DNA of 42,897 bases from a phage: the NCBI GenBank assembly GCA_029955215.1, contig GCA_029955215.1_4351.1. One strand, written 5' to 3'. Of this stretch, positions 7,226 to 16,503 are shown piece by piece (within the stretch, counting starts at the first letter, position 1; each line of letters opens with the position of its first letter). Below the pieces are notes generated by a model, which was given only the letters and a program-made list of their open reading frames with translations, was not told the DNA's origin and did no database searches. The position numbers and the translations under genes were made by a program.

Positions 7226-8472
7226 GTATCCATCTATCCGCCCCGCAGGCGCTGTTCCTGAATTGCGATAACAAATATAAGGCCTATGTAGGCGGCTTCG
7301 GCAGCGGCAAAACATTTGTTGGCTGCCTAGACCTGCTTACGTTTATGCTTAAGCATCCCGGTACACGCCTTGGCTACTTTGGACCAACATATCCGGCTAT
7401 CCGAGACATCTTCTATCCGACATTCGAGGAAGCGGCTAACCTGCTAGGCCTCGATGTGCTTGTTAAATCTGGGGACAAAGAGGTAGTGGTTACCCGTGGT
7501 AAGACAGTGCTCGGGACAGTTATCTGCCGGTCGATGGATAACCCAGGCTCGATAGTCGGCTTCAAAATCGCGGCTGCGGTCGTGGATGAGCTCGATGTAT
7601 TGAGTCGCGAGAAAGCTGAGCTGGCGTGGAACAAAATCGTAGCCCGTATGCGTCTGGTCATCCCGGGCGTAATCAACCACATCTCCGTAACCACGACACC
7701 GGAAGGATTCAAGTTCGTCTACGCCAAGTTCAAAGAGAACCCGACGCCGAGCTACTCTATGGTGCAGGCATCAACTCATGAGAACGCCAGATTCCTGCCG
7801 CCGGATTATATTAGCTCGCTGACAGAGACTTACCCGGCGCAGTTGATTAACGCATATCTTAACGGTGAGTTCGTCAACCTGACATCCGGCAGCGTGTATT
7901 ACGCATACGACCGCCGTAAGCATCGCAGCAAAGAGACAATTCAGCCTGGCGACACGCTGTACATCGGGCAGGACTTCAACGTTACGAAGAATGCCAGCGC
8001 CGTGTATGTGCAACGTAAAGACGGCTGGCACGCGGTAGCGGAACTGAAAGGACTGTTCGATACGCCGGACACCGTGCGCGTAATTACTGAGAAGTGGAAG
8101 TCACAAGGCCACCGCATCGTCGTTTACCCTGACGCCAGCGGCAAGAACCGCAAGACCAACTCGGCGTCAATCTCTGATATTGCATTACTCCAGCAGGCCG
8201 GGTTCGATGTTCGCGCTAAATCCGCCAACCCCCCGGTTAAAGACCGCGTTTTAGCCGTGAATACCGCGTTGGAAAAAGGTAAGCTGTGGGTTAACGACCA
8301 CTTATGCCCTGAGATAGCCAAGACGCTGGAGCAGCAGGCATACGACGATAATGGAGAGCCAGCTAAAGACGGCATCATTGACCATATGGCCGATGCTCTC
8401 GGTTATCCTGTAGTTTACGAGATGCCGGTGGTTAAACCAGTAATCAACATCCCGGTGACTTTTGCACTTTAA
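7222..8472 (+). CDS. terL: terminase large subunit
   Basis: Walker A GGFGSGKT, Walker B VVDELD; 416 aa; precedes portal. Confidence 0.9.
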   Translation: MSIHLSAPQALFLNCDNKYKAYVGGFGSGKTFVGCLDLLTFMLKHPGTRLGYFGPTYPAIRDIFYPTFEEAANLLGLDVLVKSGDKEVVVTRGKTVLGTVICRSMDNPGSIVGFKIAAAVVDELDVLSREKAELAWNKIVARMRLVIPGVINHISVTTTPEGFKFVYAKFKENPTPSYSMVQASTHENARFLPPDYISSLTETYPAQLINAYLNGEFVNLTSGSVYYAYDRRKHRSKETIQPGDTLYIGQDFNVTKNASAVYVQRKDGWHAVAELKGLFDTPDTVRVITEKWKSQGHRIVVYPDASGKNRKTNSASISDIALLQQAGFDVRAKSANPPVKDRVLAVNTALEKGKLWVNDHLCPEIAKTLEQQAYDDNGEPAKDGIIDHMADALGYPVVYEMPVVKPVINIPVTFAL

Positions 8473-8484
8473 GAGGATTATTCA

Positions 8485-9960
8485 ATGTTAACTATGAACG
8501 GTCAGAATCAGGGTGTTAAGACAAAACACCGGGAATGGCTGCATCACTTCAATAAATGGCAGAAGGTGCGACACGCGCTGGAAGGCGACCTTATTCGCTA
8601 TCTGCGCAACGTCGGGAAGAACGAACCTGACCCGACCTACTCGGCCCAGCGCCAGGAAGAATATGAGAACGGCGCTATCTGCTACAACTTCACAAAACGT
8701 ACCCTGGCGGGGATGGTCGGCAGTGTCATGCGCAAAGACCCGGAACAAATTATTCCGCCTGAACTTGAGTACCTGTTACGCAATGCAGACGGTTCAGGTG
8801 TCGGGCTGTGGCAGCACGCGCAGGACACGCTGATGGAGATTGACTCGGTGGGCCGCGGCGGGTTGTTGGTTGACGCCCCGGAGACAGCCGCGGCAACGGC
8901 GGCAGAACAGAACGCCGGATTATTAAACCCGGTCATCGCATTCTACACCGCAGAGAACATCATCAACTGGCGACTCACTCGCGTAGGCTCTGTTAACCGC
9001 GTTACGATGGTAGTGTTGCGCGAGGTATGGGAATACTCGGAACCCGGCGCGGAGTTTGAAACCAAGTTCGGCGAACAATACCGCGTTCTCGATTTGATTG
9101 ACGGGCGCTACCGCCAGCGCATTTACCGCTTCGACGTCGAAGGTGGCGCGCAGGATGAAGTAATCGAGATATTCCCGGAACTCGGTGAACAGTTACGCGG
9201 TAAAATCCCGTTCACGTTCATCGGGGCGAGCAACAACGACGCAACCATAGACGATGCCCCTTTGCTGCCGTTAGCTGAGCTTAATATCGGGCATTTCCGT
9301 AACAGTGCGGACAATGAGGAGTCCAGCTTCGTTGTGGGTCAGCCCACTTTGTTCATCGCCCCTGGTGAGAACATGAGCATGGAACAGTGGAAAGAAGCCA
9401 ACCCCCACGGCGTGCGCATGGGGTCACGTTCGGGGCATAACATCGGTTACGGCGGAAACGCGTTTCTGGTTCAGGCAGGAGAGAATAACCTGGCCAAGCA
9501 GAACATGCTGGATAAAGAGAATCAGGCCATCCAGATTGGCGCGCAGCTTATCACCCCGACGCAGCAAATCACCGCGGAATCGGCCCGCCTGCAACGCGGC
9601 GCCGACACGTCCGTTATGGCTACAATAGCGCGTAACGTAAGCATGGCGTATACCGATGCGTTGCGCTGGGTGGCTGCGATGCTTGGATTGCGCGAAGACA
9701 CTGAGATTGAGTTCAAGCTGAATATGGAGTTCTTCCTGCAACCGATGACCGCCCAGGACCGTGCTCAGTGGATGGCCGACATCAACGCCGGTCTGTTACC
9801 AGCTACCGCTTACTACGCGGCATTGCGCAAGGCAGGTGTAACTGACTGGACAGATGATGATATTCAGAACGCTATCGAGGATACACCGCTGCCGGTTTTT
9901 ACACAGACTACCGGGGAAATTCCGGCTACAGCACAGCGGGATGAAGAGGCGCAGCAATGA
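8485..9960 (+). CDS. portal protein
   Basis: 491-aa ORF directly after terL and before Mu-F-like head morphogenesis gene; AAGAGGA RBS. Confidence 0.75.
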   Translation: MLTMNGQNQGVKTKHREWLHHFNKWQKVRHALEGDLIRYLRNVGKNEPDPTYSAQRQEEYENGAICYNFTKRTLAGMVGSVMRKDPEQIIPPELEYLLRNADGSGVGLWQHAQDTLMEIDSVGRGGLLVDAPETAAATAAEQNAGLLNPVIAFYTAENIINWRLTRVGSVNRVTMVVLREVWEYSEPGAEFETKFGEQYRVLDLIDGRYRQRIYRFDVEGGAQDEVIEIFPELGEQLRGKIPFTFIGASNNDATIDDAPLLPLAELNIGHFRNSADNEESSFVVGQPTLFIAPGENMSMEQWKEANPHGVRMGSRSGHNIGYGGNAFLVQAGENNLAKQNMLDKENQAIQIGAQLITPTQQITAESARLQRGADTSVMATIARNVSMAYTDALRWVAAMLGLREDTEIEFKLNMEFFLQPMTAQDRAQWMADINAGLLPATAYYAALRKAGVTDWTDDDIQNAIEDTPLPVFTQTTGEIPATAQRDEEAQQ

Positions 9961-11012
9961 GCAAGCTATCGCAGATGATTATCAGCCATCAAATATGGCT
10001 ACAGAGACTAGGAACGCAAACAGCGTCGCTGTCCGTCCCCTTCGTCAATAAGATGCGTGCGGAGGTGCGCGACGCGGTGCTTAAGTTCGGTGACGACGCG
10101 CGCACAGTGAAGAAGCTGAATAAATTGCTGACAAGCCTGGATGGCGTGCTGGATGACGTAACCGGCGATTGGAAGAGCACGATAGAGAAGAGCCTTCGCG
10201 AGATTGCCGACTACGAGAATAAGTGGTTTATCCATACGCTGGAGGCCAACACGAAGCCGAAAACGTTCATTACCGGACCTACGGCAGAAGAACTGTGGTC
10301 GCGTATCAAGTTCGCACCACTGGCGATGGGTAACTCACCTGTCAGCGTTATGGACCTGATGTCAGGCTGGGCGCAGACCGAGCGTAACCGCCTTGTGCGC
10401 GGCATACAGACCGGCTTTGTGCAGGGGCAGACAACCCGCCAAATTGTCTCTGCCGTTGTGGGTCCCGGTGGCCTGGCCGATATCTCTGAGCGCAACGTAA
10501 TGACGGTAGTCCGAACAGCAGTGAGCCACGTATCGAACACGGCGCGAGACTCTGTGTACGACAGCAACAGCGATATTGTGAGCAAATATCAGTGGGTATC
10601 TACGCTCGACAGCCGTACTTCGACTGTATGTAAGTCGCGCGACGGCCAGAAATATGACATAGGTAGAGGGCCGATGCCCCCCGCCCATCCGAACTGCCGC
10701 AGTACCACTATCCCGGTAATCGAAGATGACTTCCTGGACTTTCTCGACGAGGGGGCTAAGCGGGCGGCTAAGGGTGCGGACGGCGGTACTCAGGTAAGCG
10801 CAGACACCACCTATTACGAGTTCCTGAAGCAACAACCGGCATGGTTTCAGGACCAGGCGCTCGGCCCTGTTCGCGGTAAGATTTTCCGCGGCAGCGGTAT
10901 ATCGCCGGAAGAGTTTCGCGTAATATCTGTAGATGGTTTCGGGAATCCACTCACGCTTAAGCAGATGGCGGAACTCGATAAACGTGTTGCTGATTATCTG
11001 AAAGGGGAATAA
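9957..11012 (+). CDS. head morphogenesis protein (Mu gpF / SPP1 gp7-like)
   Basis: Position after portal; 351 aa; sequence character of the Mu F family. Confidence 0.65.
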   Translation: MSKLSQMIISHQIWLQRLGTQTASLSVPFVNKMRAEVRDAVLKFGDDARTVKKLNKLLTSLDGVLDDVTGDWKSTIEKSLREIADYENKWFIHTLEANTKPKTFITGPTAEELWSRIKFAPLAMGNSPVSVMDLMSGWAQTERNRLVRGIQTGFVQGQTTRQIVSAVVGPGGLADISERNVMTVVRTAVSHVSNTARDSVYDSNSDIVSKYQWVSTLDSRTSTVCKSRDGQKYDIGRGPMPPAHPNCRSTTIPVIEDDFLDFLDEGAKRAAKGADGGTQVSADTTYYEFLKQQPAWFQDQALGPVRGKIFRGSGISPEEFRVISVDGFGNPLTLKQMAELDKRVADYLKGE

Positions 11013-11473
11013 TGATGGGCTTTTTCAAAGTAACTGATGTACCGTCGCGCCGCGTAGTCCAGTACGCCCGCGTGTCAGGCTCTGGTGAGAACGTGGTGTT
11101 TATTGAAGATGAAAGTGTACTCGGTACACCAGTAGACGATATGCCGTTTGCAGATAAAACTGGTATTGCGCTACCGGCGGCGGGCATGCTTTACGAGATT
11201 CCGTATCTGGCTGATGCTGGTGACGTATATTTCTCTGTGCAACCGAAAGACACGGAACTTGCAGACGGCAGCGCAACTATCGCTGTAGAGGTTAAGGCCG
11301 GCAAAGCGCCATATGCTCTGACCTGGTACAAAGACGGTAAGGAAGTGGTCAACGCCCCGGAAGAGGCTTTGTCCCTGACGGTTAATGCGGCTGGTGAATA
11401 CTTCGTTAAAGTTACCGATGCCAATGGAGTGGAGGCGGTTAGCAAAGCGGCGAAGGTTACTAAGCCAGAATGA
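11012..11473 (+). CDS. Ig-like-domain protein (153 aa), possible capsid-associated
   Basis: C-terminal YALTWYKDGKEV...GEYFVKVTDANG resembles Ig-like fold repeats. Confidence 0.45.
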   Translation: MMGFFKVTDVPSRRVVQYARVSGSGENVVFIEDESVLGTPVDDMPFADKTGIALPAAGMLYEIPYLADAGDVYFSVQPKDTELADGSATIAVEVKAGKAPYALTWYKDGKEVVNAPEEALSLTVNAAGEYFVKVTDANGVEAVSKAAKVTKPE

Positions 11474-11476
11474 TAA

Positions 11477-11504
11477 AAGGCCCCATTATGGGGCCTTAGT
11501 TTTA
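11477..11504. terminator. bidirectional rho-independent terminator
   Basis: aaggcccc-attat-ggggcctt flanked by A-run upstream and agtttta downstream; separates convergent genes. Confidence 0.7.
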
Positions 11505-11726
11505 AACTTCCACGTCTATCACCAAATCATCAGGCATGGTTATGACTATTTTATCGTTTTCATAGAACGGGCTAAGAGGCTCATTTTCAGGCTGCAAACG
11601 TAAAGTTAGCTTTTTATCACCAAAATAATCTATGTAACGAACCCAGTACCACTCGTCGAATACCTGTACCTTTTCTCCGGGGCGTACATCTCTAGCCTTC
11701 TTTTGATTCGTAAATCTAATCGGCAT
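11502..11726 (-). CDS. hypothetical protein (74 aa), lone minus-strand gene in head module
   Basis: Own class I promoter (11753-11781), RBS caggagg, terminator at its 3' end. Confidence 0.55.
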   Translation of the reverse strand: MPIRFTNQKKARDVRPGEKVQVFDEWYWVRYIDYFGDKKLTLRLQPENEPLSPFYENDKIVITMPDDLVIDVEV

Positions 11727-11752
11727 AAATACCTCCTGTTTAAGTTAACTGA

Positions 11753-11781
11753 ATAGTACCCTATTATATTGGGGTGCGCAA
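11753..11781 (-). promoter_or_regulatory. sigma70-like promoter, class I (TTGCGC-N17-TACTAT) on minus strand
   Basis: Minus-strand reading ttgcgc-accccaatataataggg-tactat; near-identical to 21139-21167 and 163-191. Confidence 0.6.
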
Positions 11782-11847
11782 ACTATTTGTTTATGTATTC
11801 CAGTTATTCCACCAAATTGTAAATGTTGGAATAAACTATTCGAATAG

Positions 11848-11876
11848 TTGACTTTTCACTAAAAATATGCTAAGCT
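11848..11876 (+). promoter_or_regulatory. sigma70-like promoter (TTGACT-N17-TAAGCT), preceded by perfect 14-bp palindrome ACTATTCGAATAGT
   Basis: TTGACT 11848-11853, TAAGCT 11871-11876; palindrome 11835-11848; inverted repeat TTATTCCA/TGGAATAA 11804-11834. Confidence 0.45.
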
Positions 11877-12056
11877 CCACCTGAGCTTGTGAAGTATGAA
11901 CAAGCGACCGCGGCGCGGGCAGGTAACGGAGCGGGACGTAAGTCCTGAGTGTAGTTACGCTGACGCGTTCGGAAGGGCCATACTCTATTGCTTGTGTAAA
12001 AAGCAACTGGTTTACTGAGATTACGCCGTTTCTATGTTTAAATGATAAGGACTAGC

Positions 12057-12083
12057 GCCCCGCTTTATGGCGGGGCTTTACTT
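12057..12083 (+). terminator. terminator-like hairpin in leader just upstream of Rz
   Basis: gccccgc-tttatg-gcggggc followed by tttactt; 18 nt before the Rz start. Confidence 0.4.
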
Positions 12084-12100
12084 ATCGAGAAAGGGGAAAC

Positions 12101-12487
12101 ATGAATCTTAAAGCAACTGTCGTAGCGGGAGCATGTTTCATCATCCTGGCCTACGCACACGGCATATACCAGTACCGCAGCGGCTGGAACGAAGGCCGGG
12201 CGAACCTCGTTTCGCAGCAACAGCAGAAAGCACAGACTGAGCTAGCGAAGAAAACACAACGGCAGCAGCAGGATGAATCAAAGGCCGCAGCCGCTGACAA
12301 CGAAGGCAAGACGAAATCAGAGGTGATTACCCGTGAAGTCGTTAAGTACATTAAAACGCCTGGTCGCAGCGTGTGCACTTTCGACCCTGAGCGCGTGCAG
12401 CTCAAGTCCCGCGCCGTCGCAAACGCCAATTCCATCCCCGGATACGACGATGATGCAGCCGCCGTGCAAACTGGCACCGCCAAGTAG
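12101..12487 (+). CDS. i-spanin (Rz-like)
   Basis: N-terminal TM helix VVAGACFIILAYA, Q/K/A-rich coiled-coil region; overlaps the Rz1-like ORF. Confidence 0.6.
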   Translation: MNLKATVVAGACFIILAYAHGIYQYRSGWNEGRANLVSQQQQKAQTELAKKTQRQQQDESKAAAADNEGKTKSEVITREVVKYIKTPGRSVCTFDPERVQLKSRAVANANSIPGYDDDAAAVQTGTAK

Positions 12488-12596
12488 CGACGCTGACGAG
12501 GATTTGGCTGTCGACGTTCAGAACGCCGAATGCGCACGGCAATTGCGCCTGAAAGTGTTCATGTTGCAGGATTACGTGAGGAATATTCTGGAATAG
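12333..12596 (+). CDS. o-spanin (Rz1-like lipoprotein), overlapping Rz in another frame
   Basis: GTG 12333; lipobox L-S-A-C after hydrophobic signal; proline-rich mature region. Confidence 0.55.
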   Translation: MKSLSTLKRLVAACALSTLSACSSSPAPSQTPIPSPDTTMMQPPCKLAPPSSDADEDLAVDVQNAECARQLRLKVFMLQDYVRNILE

Positions 12597-12678
12597 TTGC
12601 CTTGCATGTTGGAATAATTTATTCTTGACATGTAAATCCGGGTGGCCCGGGTTCCAACGTCCAGGGGACATACTGACT

Positions 12679-13380
12679 ATGAATCGTTTTTTACGTTATC
12701 CGTTCCAGGAAGAAGCTGGGGCAGAAGATAAAGCTGGTGGCGGCGACGCGCCGAAAATGTTCACCGCTGAAGAAGTTCAGGCGATTATCGAGAAAGAAGT
12801 TGCCGGGCTTAAGGCTAATCAGGAAGCATTGCTGGCGGAGAAGAAAGAAGCCGCTCGTAAAGCAAAAGAGGCCGAAGAAGAACGGCAGCGCGCACACCAG
12901 GAGGCGTTAAAAGCCGCTGGTAAAATGGACGAGTTTGAAAAGACGATTCGTAGCCAGTATGACCCGGTGTTAGCTGAGAAAGATGGTCGCATCTCCAGAA
13001 TGGCAGAGCGCATCCTCGGCAGCGAACGTAAGGCGGTGTTAGGCTCTTTCGCTGGTGACTTTATTACCCCGGAAGCAGTGGACATCCTTGCGCCGTTCGT
13101 TAAGACTGAGTTTGAAGGCGATGACGTGGTTACTAAGTTTGTCGGCGCAGATGGCAACGTAATCACGACTGACCCGGAACAGTTCCGCAAATACCTGCGT
13201 GAACACAAAGCGTTTTCGCATTTGATTAAAGCAAATGCAGCTTCCGGCGGCGGGGCTTCCGGTGGCAAAGGCGGCGGGGCCGCACCAGCGTTTAAAGACA
13301 TGAGTGAAGCGGAGCGTTTAGCTCTGTATAAATCGAACCCTGCCGAATTTGAACGGCAACTTAAAGCCCTGAGGAAATAA
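12679..13380 (+). CDS. scaffolding protein (putative)
   Basis: Directly upstream of major capsid gene; Ala/Glu/Lys-rich coiled-coil character. Confidence 0.6.
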   Translation: MNRFLRYPFQEEAGAEDKAGGGDAPKMFTAEEVQAIIEKEVAGLKANQEALLAEKKEAARKAKEAEEERQRAHQEALKAAGKMDEFEKTIRSQYDPVLAEKDGRISRMAERILGSERKAVLGSFAGDFITPEAVDILAPFVKTEFEGDDVVTKFVGADGNVITTDPEQFRKYLREHKAFSHLIKANAASGGGASGGKGGGAAPAFKDMSEAERLALYKSNPAEFERQLKALRK

Positions 13381-13382
13381 TA

Positions 13383-14432
13383 ATGGCAATTACCACTATC
13401 GGCGATATCGTAACTGGCAACATCCCGGTCCTGGCGTCTTATATGACCGAGGACCCGGTAGAGAAAACCGCGTTCTTCCAGTCCGGTATTCTGACCCCGA
13501 CCCCGTACGCCGCTGAGATTGCCCGCGGTCCGTCCAACATCGCCAACATTCCTTTCTGGAAAGCGATTGATACCTCTATCGAGCCTAACTACTCGAACGA
13601 TGTGTATCAGGACATCGCTACCCCGCGTAATGTGCAAACCGGTGAGATGATGGCCCGCGTTGCGTACCTGAACGAAGGTTTTGGTCAGGCGGACCTGACT
13701 GTTGAACTTACCAGCCAGAATCCGCTGCAATCCGTGGCGTCCCGTCTGGATAACTTCTGGCAGCGCCAGGCGCAACGCCGTCTGATTGCTACCGCGCTCG
13801 GCCTGTACAACGACAACGTAGCCGCTACCGATGCTTACCACGAGCAGAATGACATGGTAATCGACGTGTCCGCTACTCTGGGCTTCGACTCCGGCGCGTT
13901 CATCGACGCTACCCAGACTATGGGTGATGCTCTGATGGGCAACGGCGGTGAAGTGTTGGGTGCTATCGCGATGCACAGCTTCGTTTATGCGCAGGCGCGT
14001 AAGCAGCAGCTTATCGACTTCATTCGTGATGCTGACAACAACACCATGTTTGCCACCTACCAGGGCTACCGTGTGATTGTTGACGACAGCATGACCGTAG
14101 TCGGTACCGGCCCGAGCCGTAAGTTCATCTCCATCATCTTTGGCAATGGCGCTATCGGTTACGGCGAAGGCTCCCCGGCCAATCCGCTGGCCTACGAGCG
14201 CGAAGAATCCCGCGGCAACGGCGGTGGCGTTGAAACCCTGTGGACCCGTAAGACCTGGTTGCTGCATCCACTGGGCTACAGCTTCACCAGCACAGTAATC
14301 ACCGGTAACGGCACCGAGACTGTCGCACGTTCTGCTTCCTGGCAGGACCTGGCGAACGCCTCCAACTGGAACCGTGTGGTTGAGCGTAAGCATGTACCGA
14401 TTGCCTTCCTGGTAACTGGTGTCGGGGCTTAA
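13383..14432 (+). CDS. major capsid protein
   Basis: 349-aa ORF after scaffold, strong codon bias, followed by stoichiometry-type hairpin. Confidence 0.8.
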   Translation: MAITTIGDIVTGNIPVLASYMTEDPVEKTAFFQSGILTPTPYAAEIARGPSNIANIPFWKAIDTSIEPNYSNDVYQDIATPRNVQTGEMMARVAYLNEGFGQADLTVELTSQNPLQSVASRLDNFWQRQAQRRLIATALGLYNDNVAATDAYHEQNDMVIDVSATLGFDSGAFIDATQTMGDALMGNGGEVLGAIAMHSFVYAQARKQQLIDFIRDADNNTMFATYQGYRVIVDDSMTVVGTGPSRKFISIIFGNGAIGYGEGSPANPLAYEREESRGNGGGVETLWTRKTWLLHPLGYSFTSTVITGNGTETVARSASWQDLANASNWNRVVERKHVPIAFLVTGVGA

Positions 14433-14449
14433 GGTTAAGATATAATCGG

Positions 14450-14475
14450 GAGGGACTTCGGTCCCTCTTTTCATT
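14450..14475 (+). terminator. rho-independent terminator after capsid gene
   Basis: gagggac-ttcg-gtccctc followed by ttttcattt. Confidence 0.65.
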
Positions 14476-14491
14476 TACTAAGAGGTAAATT

Positions 14492-14791
14492 ATGGCTAAG
14501 ACCGGAAAAGGCTTGCCGCGCAGCCTTCAGAACGTCGATTTCGGCGACTTTGACATCCCAGTAACGCCGGCTACTACCAGCGTAGTTGGTGGGGTTAAAA
14601 AGTCAGCTACTGTGGCTGCACCTGCGGCCATTACCGCTGGCGAAGGAGCGCAGTCTGCTGATGCTCCAACTAAGACAGAGTTCGATGCTCTTGTAGCCGA
14701 GTACAACAAACTTCGAACTGATGTTACCGCGCTGCGCACTACCGTAGCAAATCTGTTGACTGCGCTTAAAAACGCAGGAACCGTAAGCTAA
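14492..14791 (+). CDS. hypothetical structural protein (99 aa)
   Basis: ATG after agagg; Ala/Thr-rich. Confidence 0.5.
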   Translation: MAKTGKGLPRSLQNVDFGDFDIPVTPATTSVVGGVKKSATVAAPAAITAGEGAQSADAPTKTEFDALVAEYNKLRTDVTALRTTVANLLTALKNAGTVS

Positions 14792-14803
14792 AGGAGCTTA
14801 AAA

Positions 14804-15154
14804 ATGGTTGATGTAATCAAACGTCGTATTACCGGAGTTTCTGACGATTCTCCTGCCGACGGTCAGGTTGAAATCGACATGGCAAATATCTCACCAGCAT
14901 CTTTTTCTACCGCGCTCGCGGCTACCACCGCAGTTACGGCAGGGCAGACTATGACCCTGACCGTCGCAGTAACTGGCGGTCAGGAGCCATATTCCTACCA
15001 GTGGTACAAGAACAACAATGCCATCGCCGGGGCTACCGCAGCTACCTACGCTAAAGCGTCAACCACTACTGCCGATTCTGGTACGTATAAAGTGGTTGCT
15101 CAGGACGATTATGGTAATATTATCTCGAGTAGCACTGTAGCAACTGTGTCTTAA
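14804..15154 (+). CDS. Ig-like-domain protein (116 aa), possible decoration protein
   Basis: YSYQWYKNNNAI...SGTYKVVAQDDYG; AAGGAG RBS. Confidence 0.5.
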   Translation: MVDVIKRRITGVSDDSPADGQVEIDMANISPASFSTALAATTAVTAGQTMTLTVAVTGGQEPYSYQWYKNNNAIAGATAATYAKASTTTADSGTYKVVAQDDYGNIISSSTVATVS

Positions 15155-15190
15155 TACAACGGCCCTTCGGGGCCGTAATAAGGAAAGGTC

Positions 15191-15370
15191 ATGGCAGATA
15201 ATTATGTAATCCGCGAAAAGTACACTCACGTTGATGTTGTTGACGGTCAGGTGATGCCAGTTCGCGGTGTTGTGGAAGCGGATGAACTGGTTACGACTCA
15301 ACCGGACAGCGAAGAAGCACACAACAACGGCGGTGGTGCCAAGCGACGTCGCCGTAAGTCAGAGGAATAA
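15191..15370 (+). CDS. hypothetical small protein (59 aa, not in ORF track)
   Basis: ATG 15191 after aggaaagg; stop TAA 15368-15370. Confidence 0.4.
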   Translation: MADNYVIREKYTHVDVVDGQVMPVRGVVEADELVTTQPDSEEAHNNGGGAKRRRRKSEE

Positions 15371-15373
15371 TTT

Positions 15374-15886
15374 ATGCCGCTAATCGTGGAAACGGGAGAA
15401 ATCGTCCCTAATGCTGACAGTTACATTAGTCTGGCCGACGCCCGCGCGTTAGCGGCTAATTATGGCCTTGAGTTACCAGCTGACGATACCGCCGCAGAGG
15501 TGGCCTTACGCAACGGTGCCACTTATGTCGGGCTTGCGGAGCCGCAGATGTGTGGTCGTCGCGTGTCCTCCGAACAGTCTCTGGCGTATCCTCGCACCGG
15601 CGTTACGCTAAACGGCTTCCCGGTATCGAACAATGCCATCCCGAAGCAGGTGATTCTTGCGCAGGTAATCGCTGCCGCTACATATGGCGCAGGTACGGAA
15701 GTGCGGGCTAACTCAGACGGTCGTTCCGTGCAGACTGAGCGCGTAGAAGGAGCGGTGACAGTGACCTACTTCAACAACGGCAGCAGTGGTGCTACGACCG
15801 CGATTACCGCTGCGGACGACGCCTTACGCCCGTTACTGTGTGGTGGTCTTAACAATGGCTTCTCATTTAACGTGTACCGGGGTTAA
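15374..15886 (+). CDS. head-tail connector/adaptor family protein (putative)
   Basis: Position between capsid and neck genes; 170 aa. Confidence 0.45.
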   Translation: MPLIVETGEIVPNADSYISLADARALAANYGLELPADDTAAEVALRNGATYVGLAEPQMCGRRVSSEQSLAYPRTGVTLNGFPVSNNAIPKQVILAQVIAAATYGAGTEVRANSDGRSVQTERVEGAVTVTYFNNGSSGATTAITAADDALRPLLCGGLNNGFSFNVYRG

Positions 15887-15888
15887 AA

Positions 15889-16503
15889 ATGGCGAAGACT
15901 AAAACAGAGATATTTACCCTTATAGGCGCTAATCTTCCGGATAACACCGACAAACTTATCACTCCCGCAGCATTGCGCGAGGTAATGACGCAGATGGCCG
16001 ACTCGCCTATTTACGCCACTCCGGGTGTTAAAGAGGTAGAAGTTCTCCGTGCCGCGTCTACCGTGGCGCAAGCGCCTACCGCAGTAGATACAGCGTTACA
16101 GTTAACTTTCGGGGCTGCGCAGGGTAGCACATCCGACCCTGTAATGATTAATGCCGCAGGGCTGGTTACTTTCAACACCGCGGGAAACTATGCCGTTCGC
16201 ATCAAGTTACAGGCAGGGCGCACTGGAGCGAGCGGGACATCCATCCTGTTGTCGCGTATTCTTCTGAACGGCGCTCAATACGGTTCTCCCGCAGCAACTA
16301 AGCTGGTAAGCGCCGACATAACAATTCCTATTGAGTCCCGCGTTGTTATTGGCCCAACCGCAGGCCAGACGTTTGCCGTTCAGATTATGCGGGATAGCGC
16401 CGGGAGTAACTTCGGCGGCGTATATCCGCAAGCGGCTACGGTAACTGCATGGGGTACAGCACCATCTGCGCTACTGGTTATCTCGAGACTGGAGGCTGCC
16501 TGA
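15889..16503 (+). CDS. hypothetical structural protein (204 aa)
   Basis: Structural-module position; Ala/Thr-rich. Confidence 0.45.
   Translation: MAKTKTEIFTLIGANLPDNTDKLITPAALREVMTQMADSPIYATPGVKEVEVLRAASTVAQAPTAVDTALQLTFGAAQGSTSDPVMINAAGLVTFNTAGNYAVRIKLQAGRTGASGTSILLSRILLNGAQYGSPAATKLVSADITIPIESRVVIGPTAGQTFAVQIMRDSAGSNFGGVYPQAATVTAWGTAPSALLVISRLEAA

Noticed and set aside
10211-10950. Cluster of minus-strand ORFs inside the head-morphogenesis gene
   Set aside because: Antisense to a well-supported structural gene; Arg/Ser-rich chance frames.
11880-12060. Possible tRNA in the long intergenic region
   Set aside because: No T-loop-like GTTCGAATC-type sequence or acceptor-stem pairing could be found by eye; a tRNA scan should confirm, but none is claimed.
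12625-12653. TTGACA at 12625-12630 as a -35 element upstream of the scaffold gene
   Set aside because: The sequence 17-18 nt downstream (cgggtt) is not a plausible -10; the alternative TTGCCT-N17-TATTCT (12597-12625) is only weakly supported, so no promoter feature was listed here.
12819-14474. 551-aa minus-strand ORF, the longest antisense ORF in the window
   Set aside because: Lies entirely antisense to the scaffold and major-capsid genes; product is low-complexity Ala/Gly/Arg-rich, as expected for a chance open frame opposite a GC-rich coding region; no start context.
15159-15176. Hairpin acggccc-ttcg-gggccgt after the Ig-like gene, considered as a terminator
   Set aside because: No U-tract follows on either strand; more likely an RNA stability or processing stem-loop, so not listed as a terminator.
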